The notes below the pieces were generated by a model, which worked only from the letters and a program-made list of their open reading frames with translations, did no database searches and was not told the DNA's origin. Below are positions 1-13,705 of a stretch of DNA of 64,000 nucleotides, one piece after another. Source of the DNA: Macrostomum lignano. Taxonomy: Eukaryota. The stretch is from NCBI GenBank assembly GCA_002269645.1, contig NIVC01001862.1:164288-228287 (forward strand). Direction: 5' to 3'. Within the stretch, counting starts at the first letter, position 1, and the number at the start of each line of letters is the position of its first letter. The position numbers and the translations under genes are program-made.

Positions 1-330
1 GCGCTGCAGGCACTCATTTCAGCGCTGCAGGCACTCATTTCAGCGCTGCAGGCACTCATTTCAGCGCTGCAGGCACTCATTTCAGCGCTGCAGGCACTCA
101 TTTCAGCGCTGCAGGCACTCATTTCAGCGCTGCAGGCACTCATTTCAGCGCTACAGGCACTCATTTTGGCGACATGAAGAAAAATTATTGATTTCCAAAA
201 CGGGTCACAAGGTGGGAGTGGGGGGTCAAAGCATCTGCATGTATTACCCCACAGAGCTTTCACTGGGGGGGGGGACATTGCTCCTCTTTTGGGGGAAATG
301 GGGGAAGTTTACATCCCTGGTCTTCAAATA
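1..330. repeat. 21-bp minisatellite (gcgctgcaggcactcatttca, ~8 copies, 1-170) plus flank of a MITE-like element, truncated by the window start
   Basis: Direct tandem repeat. The unit and the 170-330 flank match the reverse complement of 55818-56540. Confidence 0.85.
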
Positions 331-870
331 AAAGTTTAAGCATCTAGCAGTTGTTGTCAGCCACTAACGTAAGAATTATTGTCAAGGTCAAGTGCTAGAG
401 GTCGATTTTCGATGCAAAATGCATTGTCCGAAGCAAAAACCAAAAAAAGCTTTAGGTTTTATAGCACTGTATTCACAAAATCTCACTTTCCAGACTTAGT
501 GTACTAATTTATTACTTACAGCCAGCACTGTTTTCTACGAAAATAATGCTCGGAGACTGTTCCGTAGCATATCGGTCTTCAGTCTCGGCATCTTAGTGCT
601 CAGCCATTGGACAGATCCGAAGGCCAACCAGAATCAGTTTAGATACAGATTAATATATACTGCAGCGCGTTCTTACAGCCAGCAGAGTACGAGCTAGAAT
701 GAACTCTTTTAACAACAACTTTCTTAATTTACTCGCTTAATAATTGCTGATAAAAGATATACCAGGTCACAGACAGCTGAACTTACTTAACACAGTTACA
801 ATTTCCCAGTTTCAACAGTTTTGCCGACTTCGCAACTAAACAAATCTGTGATTGCTGTAGCAAACTATCA

Positions 871-3800
871 ATGGCTGCAACATCGATGCAGCATCTGCTG
901 CCAGTGTTGCTGTGGCTGGCCGTTCTAATAATCGACATCACCAGCTCCTCGTCAGCCACCGTTGTCGTTCCGAACGCGTCCCGTCCGCCGATCCGAGTGC
1001 AGCAGGGCAAGTCGGTGGCGCTGACCGCCGCCCACCTGCTAATACGTCGGCAGCCAAGCGGCAGTGGCAGCCTTTGCCGAGTTGAAGTCGACTCAAGCGA
1101 TCCACTGACTCAGACAGTCGGACAAATGAAGCCTAAGGTAAAAATTTTTAAATTTGCATTTTGACAATGCAGCCGCTTCACAATGGAGAAATATTGGCGG
1201 CATTCCGATGCTTTATTATTTAAACTATAATTATTGCGTAGCTATATTAAAATAATTACGAGCGAAATGAGAGTCATAAACAAAAACCTGAGATCCCTTG
1301 AAAAAGCTCATCACGCACTGTAGAGTGCATTTACGAGGTATTTGTGTGAAAATTTAGTTATAGAAAACAGTTGTGTTGGTACTGCTTCTGAAGCACTGAT
1401 GAGGGCAAGAACGTTTTACTTAAAGTTTTGGAGTGCGATTGGGTGCAATAATTTGAAAATATTCTCAAACTCTACTCAGGTATTCGACTGCTTTTTCACC
1501 GAGGGCAGCGTATTTTACGAGCATGAAGGCTCCCCGTTGCGTTCACACGACTCGGTTCGCTTGCTGGTTTACAGCTTCCAACCTGGCAACAGAAGCGAGA
1601 TCGCGCCGATTCGCCTAGCCGTAGAAGTGCAGTTGAGGTCCAGACGCGGCAGCGGTCAAGGGGCCGTGGGAGAGCGGAGTTCCAGCACTGCGACGTACAT
1701 CGTGATGCCCGGTCCCAGGCCCTTAACGGTGCCCAGATTCCGAGGCACCTCGGCGCCTATCGACTCCAACGCGCTCAATTTTGTGTACGATCCGCTCACC
1801 ACTCGGTGCACTGTGGTCTACAGCGACTCAGTCCAAGCCAGCAGTAGCCTAGCTTTCCGCGACTGGCCCATGGTTGGCCGGCTGGTCGATGACCAGAGCA
1901 CGCGGGTGCGGGAGTTCAAACACGACTGCCGCCAATTCCTTCTAGCCGGCTATCGCTACGAGCACCAAAGACCGCCCAATCCCGACATGGATTATATTCC
2001 ACTGTCTGTCTACCTCCTGCGGCTGGATTTCAATGGATCAGTTGACGCGACTTCTGATGCGATCGTCACAGAAAAGTATTATCTGCCGGTGCTCATCGAC
2101 AAAGCGCAGAAGAGTGCTCCGCCACAGCTGCAGCTCCGACAGAGATCGGTGTCGCTGGCACATACTGGAGGCCTCCCAGTGGTTTTGCCAGCGGATTTAT
2201 TGCTTTTACCGTCTGCGTCTGCCTCGTCCACAACTTCCGATAGTGCACCGTCGACGGAGACAGATATAAGGAGAAGCGGTGATAGTAGCGGCGGTATCAC
2301 TAGTGGCTTGGTAGTTATGGTGACCCAGATCGAGCCTGTGCTTCCCTTCAACATCAATGCGTCGTTTGTGGACACTCGCGAGCCGACGGCGGGCCAGATT
2401 AGCGGCTTCCAACCGAGAGACCTGCGCGAAGGCCGAGTGGCGTTTCAGTTTGCTACGCCGACTGACACGGACAGAGTGGAGCTGCGAATCCGCCTTCGGC
2501 CCATTGATGCTTTCTTTCAAGATGGCCCGGACGTCCTTCTGAACCTGGCCAGCACACCGAACCGGCAACTGCAGCTGTTTCCGCGTCCTTTACTTGCCTA
2601 CACCCAGGCTACTGTCCGATTTAATTCGAGAAACTTGCTGTGCTCTGGCTCAGATTGCAATCTGGTCAGCTATCGAATTCGCCGTGAGCCGTACAGTGGC
2701 CGAATTCTAATGAATAACGCACCGATAGAATTCTTCGGTCCAAGAACTTTAAATAACCCAGAAGATTTTTCTATTACCTACACGCACAACGGCAACATAC
2801 CGTCAGAGGATAGCATAGAGCTGCGCACTCAAGTGTCGGAGAGCAGTGGAACGCCGATTGTTTTCAAATTTCCAATTCATGTAACCCGTCTCTGGGACTC
2901 GGTGTCGACTTTGAAATCGTCTAACGTGAACTATCGACTCGGACCAGGTGGTCAAGTATGCTTCGGCGTAGAAATCATTGACGAGAGTGTCTTGCGGACA
3001 CTGAAGCACGATTGCATTGACATGCGCTATGAAGTTGTCAAAAGGCCCGAGTACGGCAACCTGATCAGGGCGCTCAATCCTTTGTCGGACTGGGCGCGGT
3101 CGAGATCGACATCAACTTTCCTGACATTTGCTGTGAGCGATCTTTTACAGGGAAAGACGATTTGCTACCTACAACAGAGGAATCTGGAGCCCGGCCAGAC
3201 CAATGTCTGGGACTCCATGACTCTCAAGCAAGCCGGACGACCCGACTTTACTCCGCTGCTAATCCGACTCCGACTTCACGATAAGCCGAGAGCCCCACTA
3301 ATCAATCGATCAGCGCGGTACCTCTCAGCGCCGACGATGCTGGAGACTGATAATAACTTTGTTATTACGCGCGACTTTCTTCGGTACGAAACGGAAGGAC
3401 TTTCGCCCAATCAGATTGTTTACGAAGTACTGCTGCACCCGTACTACGCCGGCACCAACATCAGCATCGATGCGGGTCGCCTGCTAGACAAGCGGAAGCT
3501 CGAACGAATCTTTACGACGGGCGATAATGTGAAAGCCAAAGTGCGAATCACATCGTTCAAGGAGGTTGGATGCCTCAGCCAATTTACCCAAGAAGATGTA
3601 GACAACGGAAACGTTTTGTACGTGCCGCCGTTAAACGACGTTGGCATATCGAATCGCACAGTGAACGTTTACCTACAGCCGTATGACACGACGTGGAACA
3701 AGGCATTGCCCCACAAACTGACCTTTATTGTCCTACCGGTTGACAACCAAGAGCCGAAACTCGAACCTCAGAAACTCAGTGTTGAGCGAGGAAAGCGTCT

Positions 3801-6800
3801 GACTATTAAACTGAATCACCTGCGACCGAGGGACATCGACACGAAAGTCGATCAGCTGACACTACGACTACTGAAGGAGCCAAAGCACGGCAAACTTTAT
3901 GACGGAGACGTGTCCATTGGCGTTGGCCAGTGGTTCAAAGTTGGTAGAGTCCGGTCCGAAAAGATTAGGTAAGTTTGACAAAAAGCTTAATGAATGAGAC
4001 CCCTAACCCTAGTTAAAGACGCAAATGTTTTCGCTGTTAATTAAGTCAAGAAATTTGAAGTGAAACAGAACATTTCGAGTTTCTAATTGCAAGCCTTCAG
4101 TGCCTGGATGGGAATCGCCAGGTATCATAAGGCATCAAATTACTTTATGAAGGGCTGAATAATCGCCTGATCTGCCTTTTGACATTGACAGCCTCCCAGA
4201 CGGACCGCGCCCAGAATTCCTGATTTTCAGCTTGCATTTCATTGCCAAATTAAAAGCTGGAATACATTTTCCAGAGCAGCCGAGAGAACTAAGGCACACT
4301 TGAAAAAATAAGACCCGTCTCGTGCACTTGTTTACCTGCATTACCCGGCATTTTGCATTTCTTCTCCTTTTCTCCGCATTGAATTGCGTAAATAGGCCGA
4401 CTGGTAGATACAAAAAAGGATAAAATTCTTTCATATCCGCTCCGGATTCTTGTCCACGCGTTGCGGCAGTCGATATTGCAAGCTTCATTAACCACCTGAT
4501 ACAGGCCATATCTTCTTAAAGTTCCCGGAACTGGGATTCCAGCCAGATGGAGATCCGCATGATTGAAAGCACTTGGCCCGGTTGCAATGGCAGGGTTACA
4601 CGGATGTAAAACGGGTTCATTCTTCCCCTTTGCCTCTGGCGGCAGGCAAAAAGCCTTTTTCTGCGCTAAGCTATACTAATCCGTTGACATTCGATTTTGT
4701 TGCGAGCTTGTCTGGAATATTTCTGACGGAATTTTTCGTTAATTAATCCCACAATGGGAGAATTGTAACAATAATTTCTATTGTATAACTAAATAATGAT
4801 GAATAACTAAACATTTCTTCTTAGCCTATACGCGAAGATTTCAGTATAAAGTTTCACCCAAAAATAACCTGTTTGGCAGACAATTATTACCACGGTATTC
4901 TCACGAAGCAGCTAATGTAAACCTCGTTGCAAAATTTCGCTGTTAAATATATTCTATAAAGGATGCCTTTTCTATAACTATGGTCACTTGAGCACGAAGC
5001 CTCAGCCCACCTGTTATTCAGACGCTGTGATTCTCCTTTAACCCAGGTGCAATTTTCATTCGCATATCTGGGCAACTACCCAGACGATTCTCAAGAAGGG
5101 GGTCCACTTGAGCGAATGAATTGACTGAATTTAAGATGATGAGAGTAAAGGAAAGATATCTTAGCTGAGCTATCTTGTCTGGCATACAGCTCTTTCTATC
5201 ACAGCGGGGCCGCATAATCCATGTACAGAGACCGCTGGGGGAGCATTTGTCTACCGCCGAGTCTATAGGTCTACCGACCGACCGAGACTTATCCAGTCAC
5301 CCTTACCCCAGTAACAGGTAGGAAACAGATGCAGACGTTTGAAGGAAACTAGCGGTAGCGCTGTTATCTGTTTTAAGCGGAGAAGGCTTAAGTTTCATTA
5401 AAAGCTTAAGCTAGTCTTCAAATGCGTCTATACTTTGCTGTGTCGATTGCGTAATCTCTGTCAGCCTTGAGGGTGCTTGCCAGAGCTGATTAGATCATTA
5501 AACTCTCAAAGACGACTAGCCTTATCGCACCAGTTAGTTATACTGCCAGACTGGCTCAAACTGAGACAAACTGCACGCTGAGTACTGTATGCTTCATTAA
5601 CCGTTGTCCATTAAGCATTTTTACGCTCCTAATAACGTCTGATAGAATATCATGCAACTTTCAGCTACCAGCACGACGGTACAACAAGTTCAGCCGATTA
5701 TTTCGTGCTCCAAGTGACGGACAATAACCAGAACAGCCCAGATTACAACATATATTTGAACATAACTGAGCGTCAGGCATGGGACTACGGCACGAAATTC
5801 TATGCAAACAATACAATATTCGTACTAGAGGGTGGTCAAACCGTCCTAACCACAGAGATGTTTCCAACTTTGAAAAGCGAAACAATAGATCCAAGACAGA
5901 TTTCATATCTACAAGGTGAGCGACCAGTGAAGGGCGAATTCGAACTTCTGGGCAGTTCTAGTCGCAGCATATCCCAGTTCAATCACGAAGACTTGCGAGC
6001 CGGTCGTATCGTGTACCGCCACACTACTGGCGAAATCGGGCCACGAGCCATTGTCGACATCTGCCCTATGTTTGTCTACAGCGGATCCGACTGGCAGACG
6101 CACCGCCTGACCTTCTCCATTCAACCGGTTGACAACCAGCCGCCATCTATTACAGACGGGGCCCAGGTCCTGGTCAAGGAGGGCGACAGCACCGTCTTGT
6201 CAGGTAATGTCATTAAGGTGAGGGATGCAGACACCGAAGCTGACAAGCTGCTGCTGATGGTGCAAGACGCACCGAAGCATGGTGAAATTCGTTTGATCAA
6301 CGGAAGCGGAGCGACGGTTAACCAATTTAGCCAGCAACAACTTCTCGCTGGAGAGGTCGCGTTTTTGCAGAACAAAAATTTTGGCACGGAGTTCACCAGA
6401 GACAACTTCACAGTGATAGCAAGCGACGGAGAACGCAGATCGAGCCCCGTTACAGTTCAAGTGTACATCTATCCGGTGACCGACGAGCTGCCATCGATAG
6501 TTGGTCTCGCTGATTTCGCCATCAGTAAGGGCGAGTCTCGTGTATTGAATGCGACGTATTTTTCCGTCACCGATGCCGACGTGCCCGAAGAGGAAGTCAT
6601 CGTACGAATCCGTCGGTTGCCCAGCGTCGGGACTTTGTTTCAGGACTGGTTCACTGCTCGGATCAGCAAAAAGGTTACTGAAACTTCAAACAGGCAGTTT
6701 ACGAAGCGAAATCTGAACTATATGCGCCTAGTGTATCACCAAGACCTGGATGTCACATCGCTTAACGACAGCTTTGTGGTGGAAGCTTCTGATCCAGTTT

Positions 6801-9800
6801 ATCGCATCTCTAAGACCTGCCGTATTGCCATAGCAACCAGAAACGAACAGCCACCCGTGTTTTCGTCACCTCGGTCACAATTACAACTTTATTATGGTGA
6901 AAAAGTCCAACTGACCGAGAATCATCTCCTCGTACGTGATCCGGACACGCCAAAGGAAGCGATATCTATTTCCGTGGTATCCCTGCCAGCCAATTGCGAA
7001 TTGCTCAGGTTGGAGCCTAGTAGGTCCAGTGTCATTCTCAGTGGCAGAAGCCGCGACCGTCTGGTGGCGCTGCGCCTTGGCGAGAGTTTCAGCCAGCGAG
7101 ACGTGCAACAAAGCCGGATGTTTGTAAGGGCATCCAGATTGAGCAGCAGCTCGGCAGCCTCGCCAGCGACGGTGGAGCTGCGTCTAATGGCTGGTGACGG
7201 GCGTTTCTCTACTGATGCGGCAAACTTGATGCTGAGACTCGTGCCAAAACCTGCCGAGGTGCTGGAGCTGTTTCTGATTCGTACATCCCGACTGAAAGCA
7301 GTCACTCAAAGAGTCACAAAGTTAACACAAGAGGAGATTAGTGTCTATTACCGTGACCGAGTGCAGAACTCAGCCAGCTTCCAGGTTATTCCCCAACAAG
7401 TGTCCGATAGCCAACCATGCTATTCATTTGAGCTTGAGGGCGATCCAGTTGTTACCGACAACGAAACAGTATTCTTGATGTCGGACGTTTTGGATGGTCG
7501 AGTCTTGTTTAATGCGACCAATTGCTCTAAATCTAAAGAAGACATACTCTTTGAAGTGCGCTCAAACTGGATCGGAAAGTCAGCATCTGGTATGCTCCCT
7601 GTAGATCTTATCCGGCTGGACGTGGCGCCGCCAACGCTGGATCATGTCGGAACTCTGTCACTACGAGCCCACGAAGCTGTCGCCATTGATCAAACTGTCC
7701 TCAGAACATCGGACGCTGATACACCACCACAGGAAATTTTGTACCGCATCAAAAATGCACCTAAACAAGGCCTTTTAGTTATAGGAAACTCTCAACTTGG
7801 CCAAGAGGACTCATTTACTCAAGCTGACGTCAATAACGGAACTGTTTTATGGTACAGAAGCCTCATAGAGCCACCCACTGGCTTAGACAAGCTAAAATTC
7901 ACGGTTGAAGACATGAACAAAACACGCGGTTTCTGTTATAAATCGGCTATTCCGCGCTCCTCCCCAGTGACATTATCAATTCGAGTTGCCCCGTCGACTC
8001 GTAATCCAATTGAATTGGTTCGAGTCAAGAGCCCCTCCGAGCTGATGTCGTTTGGCACTGGTGGGCGCTTTGGGTTTCGTATTAAAAACGACTCCCTATT
8101 GGCAAAGCCGGCTATGGTCCTATTCGAGCTGGCTTCCCAACCAGGCTTGGGCATTCTGAAACTGGGCGAATCTGAAATCCCTGTTGGGGGAGTTTCACTC
8201 AGCGTGACGTCAATACCGGACGAGTGACTTACTGGTTCAATCAGCCTCAAGTAACCAGTGCAGTTAAAGCTCCGGACAATACATCCGACTCATTTGAGTT
8301 CATCGTACGCACCCAAGATAGACGCTTCAGCTCAGAGAGAAGCCGCTTCAGAATGGAATGGTCAGTGATCTTCTTTCGGCAGACTCGCTATTGGGTGCGT
8401 TGTCCACGGCCTGGCACCCTTCTGGTAGATGTTACCCGTACTGGCGCAATGGACCAGATGGCATTCGCCAGGTTCGAACTTGATGGCTCTGCTCAGGAAC
8501 GCAGGGATTTCACCGTGAGCTCAGCCAGGACTCTCAACTTCAATCCAGGTTGGTTTTTTAAACAAAATCGAATCCACATCCAGCTCATGTCTATTTGTAA
8601 TTTTAGATGTACTTGCGACACAGATTTATTTTTAACAGATTTCACTTCAAGCCAACTTTATTTCCCGTCCTATAGGTGACAGGACCGCCCAGATCAGACT
8701 GGAAATCAGCGAGCGAAACGACAGCTCGGACTTGCGACTACGCATCGATCTCATAGCCCCCGGTAACGCCCTGATCGGTGCCAACTCGCGAGCTACCATA
8801 CTACTTCAACCCGATCCTGCAGTTGACTGCACGGCCGACAGTGCTCACTTCACTCCGTCCAGTGGCGGAGACTTAGCCCTGTTTAGGTACTATCTGAGAC
8901 ACTACATGATGCGAAATCGACAGGTGAGTATTCGTACATATCTGACGAGTAGAAAGTACATCGGCGTGCATGAGTGAGTGCCTGCGTGTGCTCAGGAGTC
9001 AGCGGAATGGGCTGAATGCGCTGGTTGTGGGACGATATCACCGTTGCGCTAGGGTGCCAACAGACCTCCTGCGAATAGTTATCTATTTATATGCAGATAT
9101 CGTAAGGATACCAGTTGCACCTACAACCCCAACACAGGTCAATGTGCAGAGCTGTGATTGTTAAACTGTTTTCTGAGAACGATAAAGATTTTGATGTTAA
9201 GAATTTACGTCCCTTTTGTGCGGTGGGACGTCGGTAGACTTTGACGCTTGAATTAGACTTTCTGTTAACGCACACATACATTTCAGTTCAGCGATCAAGC
9301 TCCATCGGATCCCAACCAAGGACAAAAAGATCCAAATCAAGGACGAAACGGTTTGAACTTGAACAAGCCTGCAGTTAGCAGTAGCAGTGTTCAGAAGTCA
9401 AAGTTCAACGATAAATCCAGTGACAATGACCATAAGAATAACAAAAAACAATTCGATAATGCTGACAAAAATCGACAAAAATACTCGCACAACGAAAAAT
9501 ATTACAACAAGCCATACGAGGAAAAGGTCGCCATTCACGTTCCGTCTAGTGAGGCATTGAGGAAGCTGCAGAGAGAGGAGATGCAGCATGCTAACAAGGA
9601 CGGGGTGAGTTAGTGCTTGTGCCGTTGATTTTTAATGCTTTTCTGAAAGTATAGCTAGGAAGGATGTTGGTCATAAAGAAGGGAGGGTAGTGGTGCTCAA
9701 ACTAAATTACAGGTAGGGTAGCGGTGCTCAAACTGAATTACAGGTAGGGTAGCGGTGCTCAAACTGAATTACAGGGAGGGTAGCGGTGCTCAAACTGAAG

Positions 9801-12800
9801 GACAGGGAGGGTAGCGGTGCTCAAACTGAAGGACAGGTAGGGTAGCGGTGCTCAAACTGAAGGACAGGTAGGGTAGCGGTGCTCAAACTGAAGGACAGGT
9901 AGGGTAGCGGTGCTCAAACTGAAGGACAGGTAGGGTAGCGGTGCTCAAACTGAATTACAGGGAGGGTAGCGGTGCTCAAACTGAAGGACAGGTAGGGTAG
10001 CAGTGCTCAAACTGAAGGACAGGTAGGGTAGCAGTGCTCAAACTGAAGGACAGGTAGGGTAGCAGTGCTCAAACTGAAGGACACGGAGGGTAGCAGTGCT
10101 CAAACTAAAGGACAGGTAGGGTAGCGGTGCTCAAACTGAATGGCAGGGAGGGAAGGGTTGCTCAAACTGAATGATCTCGATACGTACAGCTTCAGAGTAC
10201 TTAGCAGCACAAAAGTACACCCTAAGTGTTCGAATTTCACTTCGTCGACACTTAAAAGTTTTTAAAGCTCTTGCTCTGGTTTGCGTTGCGACATAAAAGA
10301 AAAATTTATTAGCTATTTTATTCTCTGTTTTAAAGCAGCAATTAGTGACTGGAGCACAGGCTACTTAAGCTTAAACCGCAAAGACGATTCAATTAACTGC
10401 GTTCGATCATAAAAGCTAAAATTATTGCTGCCAATTCCACGATTTCAGTTCCCACGCTGCACAATTTACCTGAGCGGCGAGCAGCGTTCGAACGGAGACG
10501 GAGTTCGCTACATCTGCAACGGCGGCCGCTGGGTCACTCTGGCTAGCGTGGTCCAGTCTCAACGCCAGCCTCACCGCGGCTTCGGTTCCGCTACTGATAG
10601 GCAATCTCAAACTCCTGCCGCAGAGGACAAGACGATGATCAACTGCCCCACGGGTAGGGCTGCGGTTCTCTCGAAAGATATTTGAGATTTTTTTGTGGGT
10701 TCATATCGGTTATTTATGGTTTAGGGTAGCTTTTACGCGTAGCAGGGACGGTCGCGTCCTTGAAGGGCGCCATTCCGATTGAGAGGGGCGCCATTTCGAT
10801 TGAGAGGGGGCGCCATTTGGGTTGAGAGGGGGCGCCATTTGGGTTGAGAGGGGGCGCCATTTGGGTTGAGAGGGGTGCCGTTTGGGTTGAAAGGGGGCGC
10901 CGTTTGGGTTGAAAGGGGGCGCCGTTTGGGTTGAAAGGGGGCGCCATTTTGATTGAGAGGGGCGCCATTTGGGTTGAGAGGGGGCACCGTTTGGGTTGAG
11001 AGGGGCCCCATTTGGGTTGAGAGCGGCCCCATTTGGGTTGAGATGGAGCACCATTAGCACCAGAGGCTTAAGCACCAGGGGCGCCAGCACCAGGGGCGCC
11101 AGCACCAGGGGCGCCAGCACCAGGGGCGCCAGCACCAGGGGCGCCAGCACCAGGGGCGCCAGCACCAGGGGCGCCAGCACCAGGGGCGCCAGCACCAGGG
11201 GCGCCAGCACCAGGGGCGCCAGCACCAGGGGCGCCAGCACCAGGGGCGCCAGCACCAGGGGCGCCAGCACCAGGGGCGCCAGCACCAGGGGCGCCAGCAC
11301 CAGGGGCGCCAGCACCAGGGGCGCCAGCACCAGGGGCGCCAGCACCAGGGGCGCCAGCACCAGGGGCGCCAGCACCAGAGGCGCCAGCACCAGGGGCGCC
11401 AGCACCAGGGGCGCCAGCACCAGGGGCGCCAGCACCAGGGGCGCCAGCACCAGGGGCGCCAGCACCAGGGGCGCCAGCACCAGGGGCGCCAGCACCAGGG
11501 GCGCCAGCACCAGGGGCGCCAGCACCAGGGCGCCAGCACCAGGGGCGCCAGCACCAGGGGTGCAACTAGCACTCCAGAATCACCTCCATCTGAATCCCGC
11601 AGGCTGGACAGCCAAGTCAGGCCTCTCCTGCGTTCGCCTGTTCAAGGCGCGGCTCAGCTTCACTGCAGCGACCGCCGAGTGCGCCAAGTACGGAGCCCGC
11701 CTCTTGGAGCTGGGCAGCGCAGCTGATGCGCGCTGGATTCGCAAGAATCTGCGTACCAGAAAGCGCTATTGGATTGGTGAGCGCTGGATTGGTTTCGCTT
11801 TGCAAGAATTTGTCGCTATTCTTTAATGGGTGATTTGCTAGAACCCACTCGATAGAACTCCCACACGATAGAACCCACTCGCTAGAACCCACACACTAGA
11901 TCCTACACGCTAGAACCCACACAATAGAACCCACTCGCTAGAACCCACACGATAGATCCTACACGCTAGAACCTACACGCTAGAATTCCCACTCGCAAGA
12001 ATTCCCACTCGCTAGAACCCACACGCTACAACCCACATGCTAGAACCTACACGCTAGAATTCCCACTCGCAAGAATTCCCACTCGCTAGAACCCACACGC
12101 TACAACCCACATGCTAGAATCCACATGCTAGAACGCACTCGCTAGAACCCACACGCTAGAACCTACACGCTAGAACCCACTCACTAGATCCTACACGCTA
12201 GAACCTACACGCTAGAATTCCCACTGGCTAGAATTCCCACTCGCTAGAACCCACACGCTAGAATTCCCACTCGCTAGAACCCACACTCTAGAACCCACAT
12301 ACTAGAACCCACACGCTAAAACCCACATGCTAGAATCCACATGCTAGAACGCACTCGCTAGAACCCACACGATAGAATCCACTCGCTAGAACCCACACGA
12401 TATAACCCACTCGCTAGAACCCACACGATAGAACCCACTCGCTAGAACCCACTCGCTAGAACCCACACGATAGAACCCACTCGCTAGAACCCACACGATA
12501 GAACCCACTCGATAGAACCCACTCGCTAGAACCCACACCCCACCATCATTAAGGTCTCTACCGCGGCAAAGACGGCCGGTGGCGACAGCCGAGCGGCGAG
12601 GACGTTGCCTCAGCTCTGGCTGGCGGCCTCCGCTGGGCCCGCGGACATCCTCGTCGACGTGCCGATTGCGCTTTTGTCCACCGCAATCGCTGGCTGAAAA
12701 GTCGCCGATGCCGCCTAAGCCAGTCGAAGCCGAAAAATAAAAGTCGTGCCGGTCGTCGTCAAAGTCGTCGTCGTCGTCGTCGTCGTCAACGACTTCAAAG

Positions 12801-12924
12801 ACGAAGTCGACTAAAGCAGCGACCGGGTCGTCGAGCCGACTGGGCGGCGCCCTACGTGTGTCAGCTGACCGTGCGCTATAAACTTAGCAGACGGGCCTAT
12901 GTGAACCTCGTCAGGAGCAACTGA
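871..12924 (+). CDS. FREM1: FREM1/QBRICK-like ECM protein (signal peptide, NV domain, CSPG repeats, Calx-beta, C-type lectin), ~2318 aa; join(871..1137,1480..3968,5665..8548,8676..8923,9287..9604,10449..10653,11603..11776,12554..12924) with a 1-nt frameshift at 8186-8190
   Basis: All introns GT-AG with matching phases. Splicing gives [28 protein letters not shown] (cf. FREM1 [28 protein letters not shown]), repeated FTQxDVxxGxVxY CSPG motifs, a Calx-beta-like segment, [16 protein letters not shown] and CPTGW..C..WIG..C..W..C..YVC CTLD. Confidence 0.92.
9688..10155. repeat. ~31-bp minisatellite (gggtagcggtgctcaaactgaaggacaggta) in FREM1 intron 5
   Basis: Direct tandem repeat, ~15 copies. Confidence 0.9.
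10760..11045. repeat. 21-22-bp minisatellite (gggggcgccatttgggttgaga) in FREM1 intron 6
   Basis: Direct tandem repeat, preceded by a GC-rich cagggacggtcgcg start resembling a MITE end. Confidence 0.85.
11060..11560. repeat. 15-bp minisatellite (agcaccaggggcgcc, ~33 copies) in FREM1 intron 6
   Basis: Near-perfect tandem repeat; source of the spurious GAGAP/LAPLV/ASTRG ORFs. Confidence 0.95.
11838..12540. repeat. ~14-bp degenerate minisatellite (gctagaacccacac/tc) in FREM1 intron 7
   Basis: Direct degenerate tandem repeat. Confidence 0.9.
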
Positions 12925-13024
12925 CCAACTGGTCCCGAGTTCAAGGACTTTTAATGGCTGACAAGTCAAATGTGGACGGACTTTGTCTGATTGACAAGTT
13001 TATGAGCTTTGCCTTTATTGACTC

Positions 13025-13705
13025 AGATTGGCTGAGTGTTGATTTGACTGACTCAGTGATGATTTGACTAGCTGAGTGATGATTTGGCTGACTGGGTGAT
13101 GATTTGACTGTCTGAGTGATGATTTTACTGAGTGATGATTTTACTGAGTGATGATTTGACTGTCTGAGTGATGATTTGACTGTCTGAGTGATGATTTCAC
13201 AGTGATGATTTAACTGTGTGCGTGATGATTTGACTGAGTAATAATTTGACTGCGTGATGATTTGACTGTCTGCGTGATGATTTGACTGTCTGCGTGATGA
13301 TTTGACTGAGTAATGATTTGACTGACTGAGTGATGATTTGACTGTCTACGTGATGATTTGACTGAGTGATTATTTGACTGATGATTTGACTGTCGGAGTG
13401 ATGATTTGACTGTCTGAGTGATGATTTGACTGACTGAGTGATGATTTCACTGACTGAGTGATGATTTAACTAGCTGAGTGATGATTTGACTGACTGAGTG
13501 ATGATTTGACTGACTGAGTGATGATTTGACTGACTGAGTGATGATTTCACTGACTGAGTGATGATTTAACTAGCTGAGTGATGATTTGACTGACTGAGTG
13601 ATGATTTGACTGACTGAGTGATGATTTCACTGACTGAGTGATGATTTAACTAGCTGAGTGATGATTTGACTGACTGGATAATGATTTGACTGACCGGATG
13701 ATGAT
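13025..13705. repeat. ~16-20-bp minisatellite (gactgactgagtgatgattt) downstream of the FREM1 stop
   Basis: Direct degenerate tandem repeat. Confidence 0.9.

Noticed and set aside
10710-11572. ORFs encoding (LAPLV)n, (GAGAP)n, (ASTRG)n and (CWRPW)n
   Set aside because: Translations of a 15-bp minisatellite inside a well-supported FREM1 intron; open in several frames on both strands.
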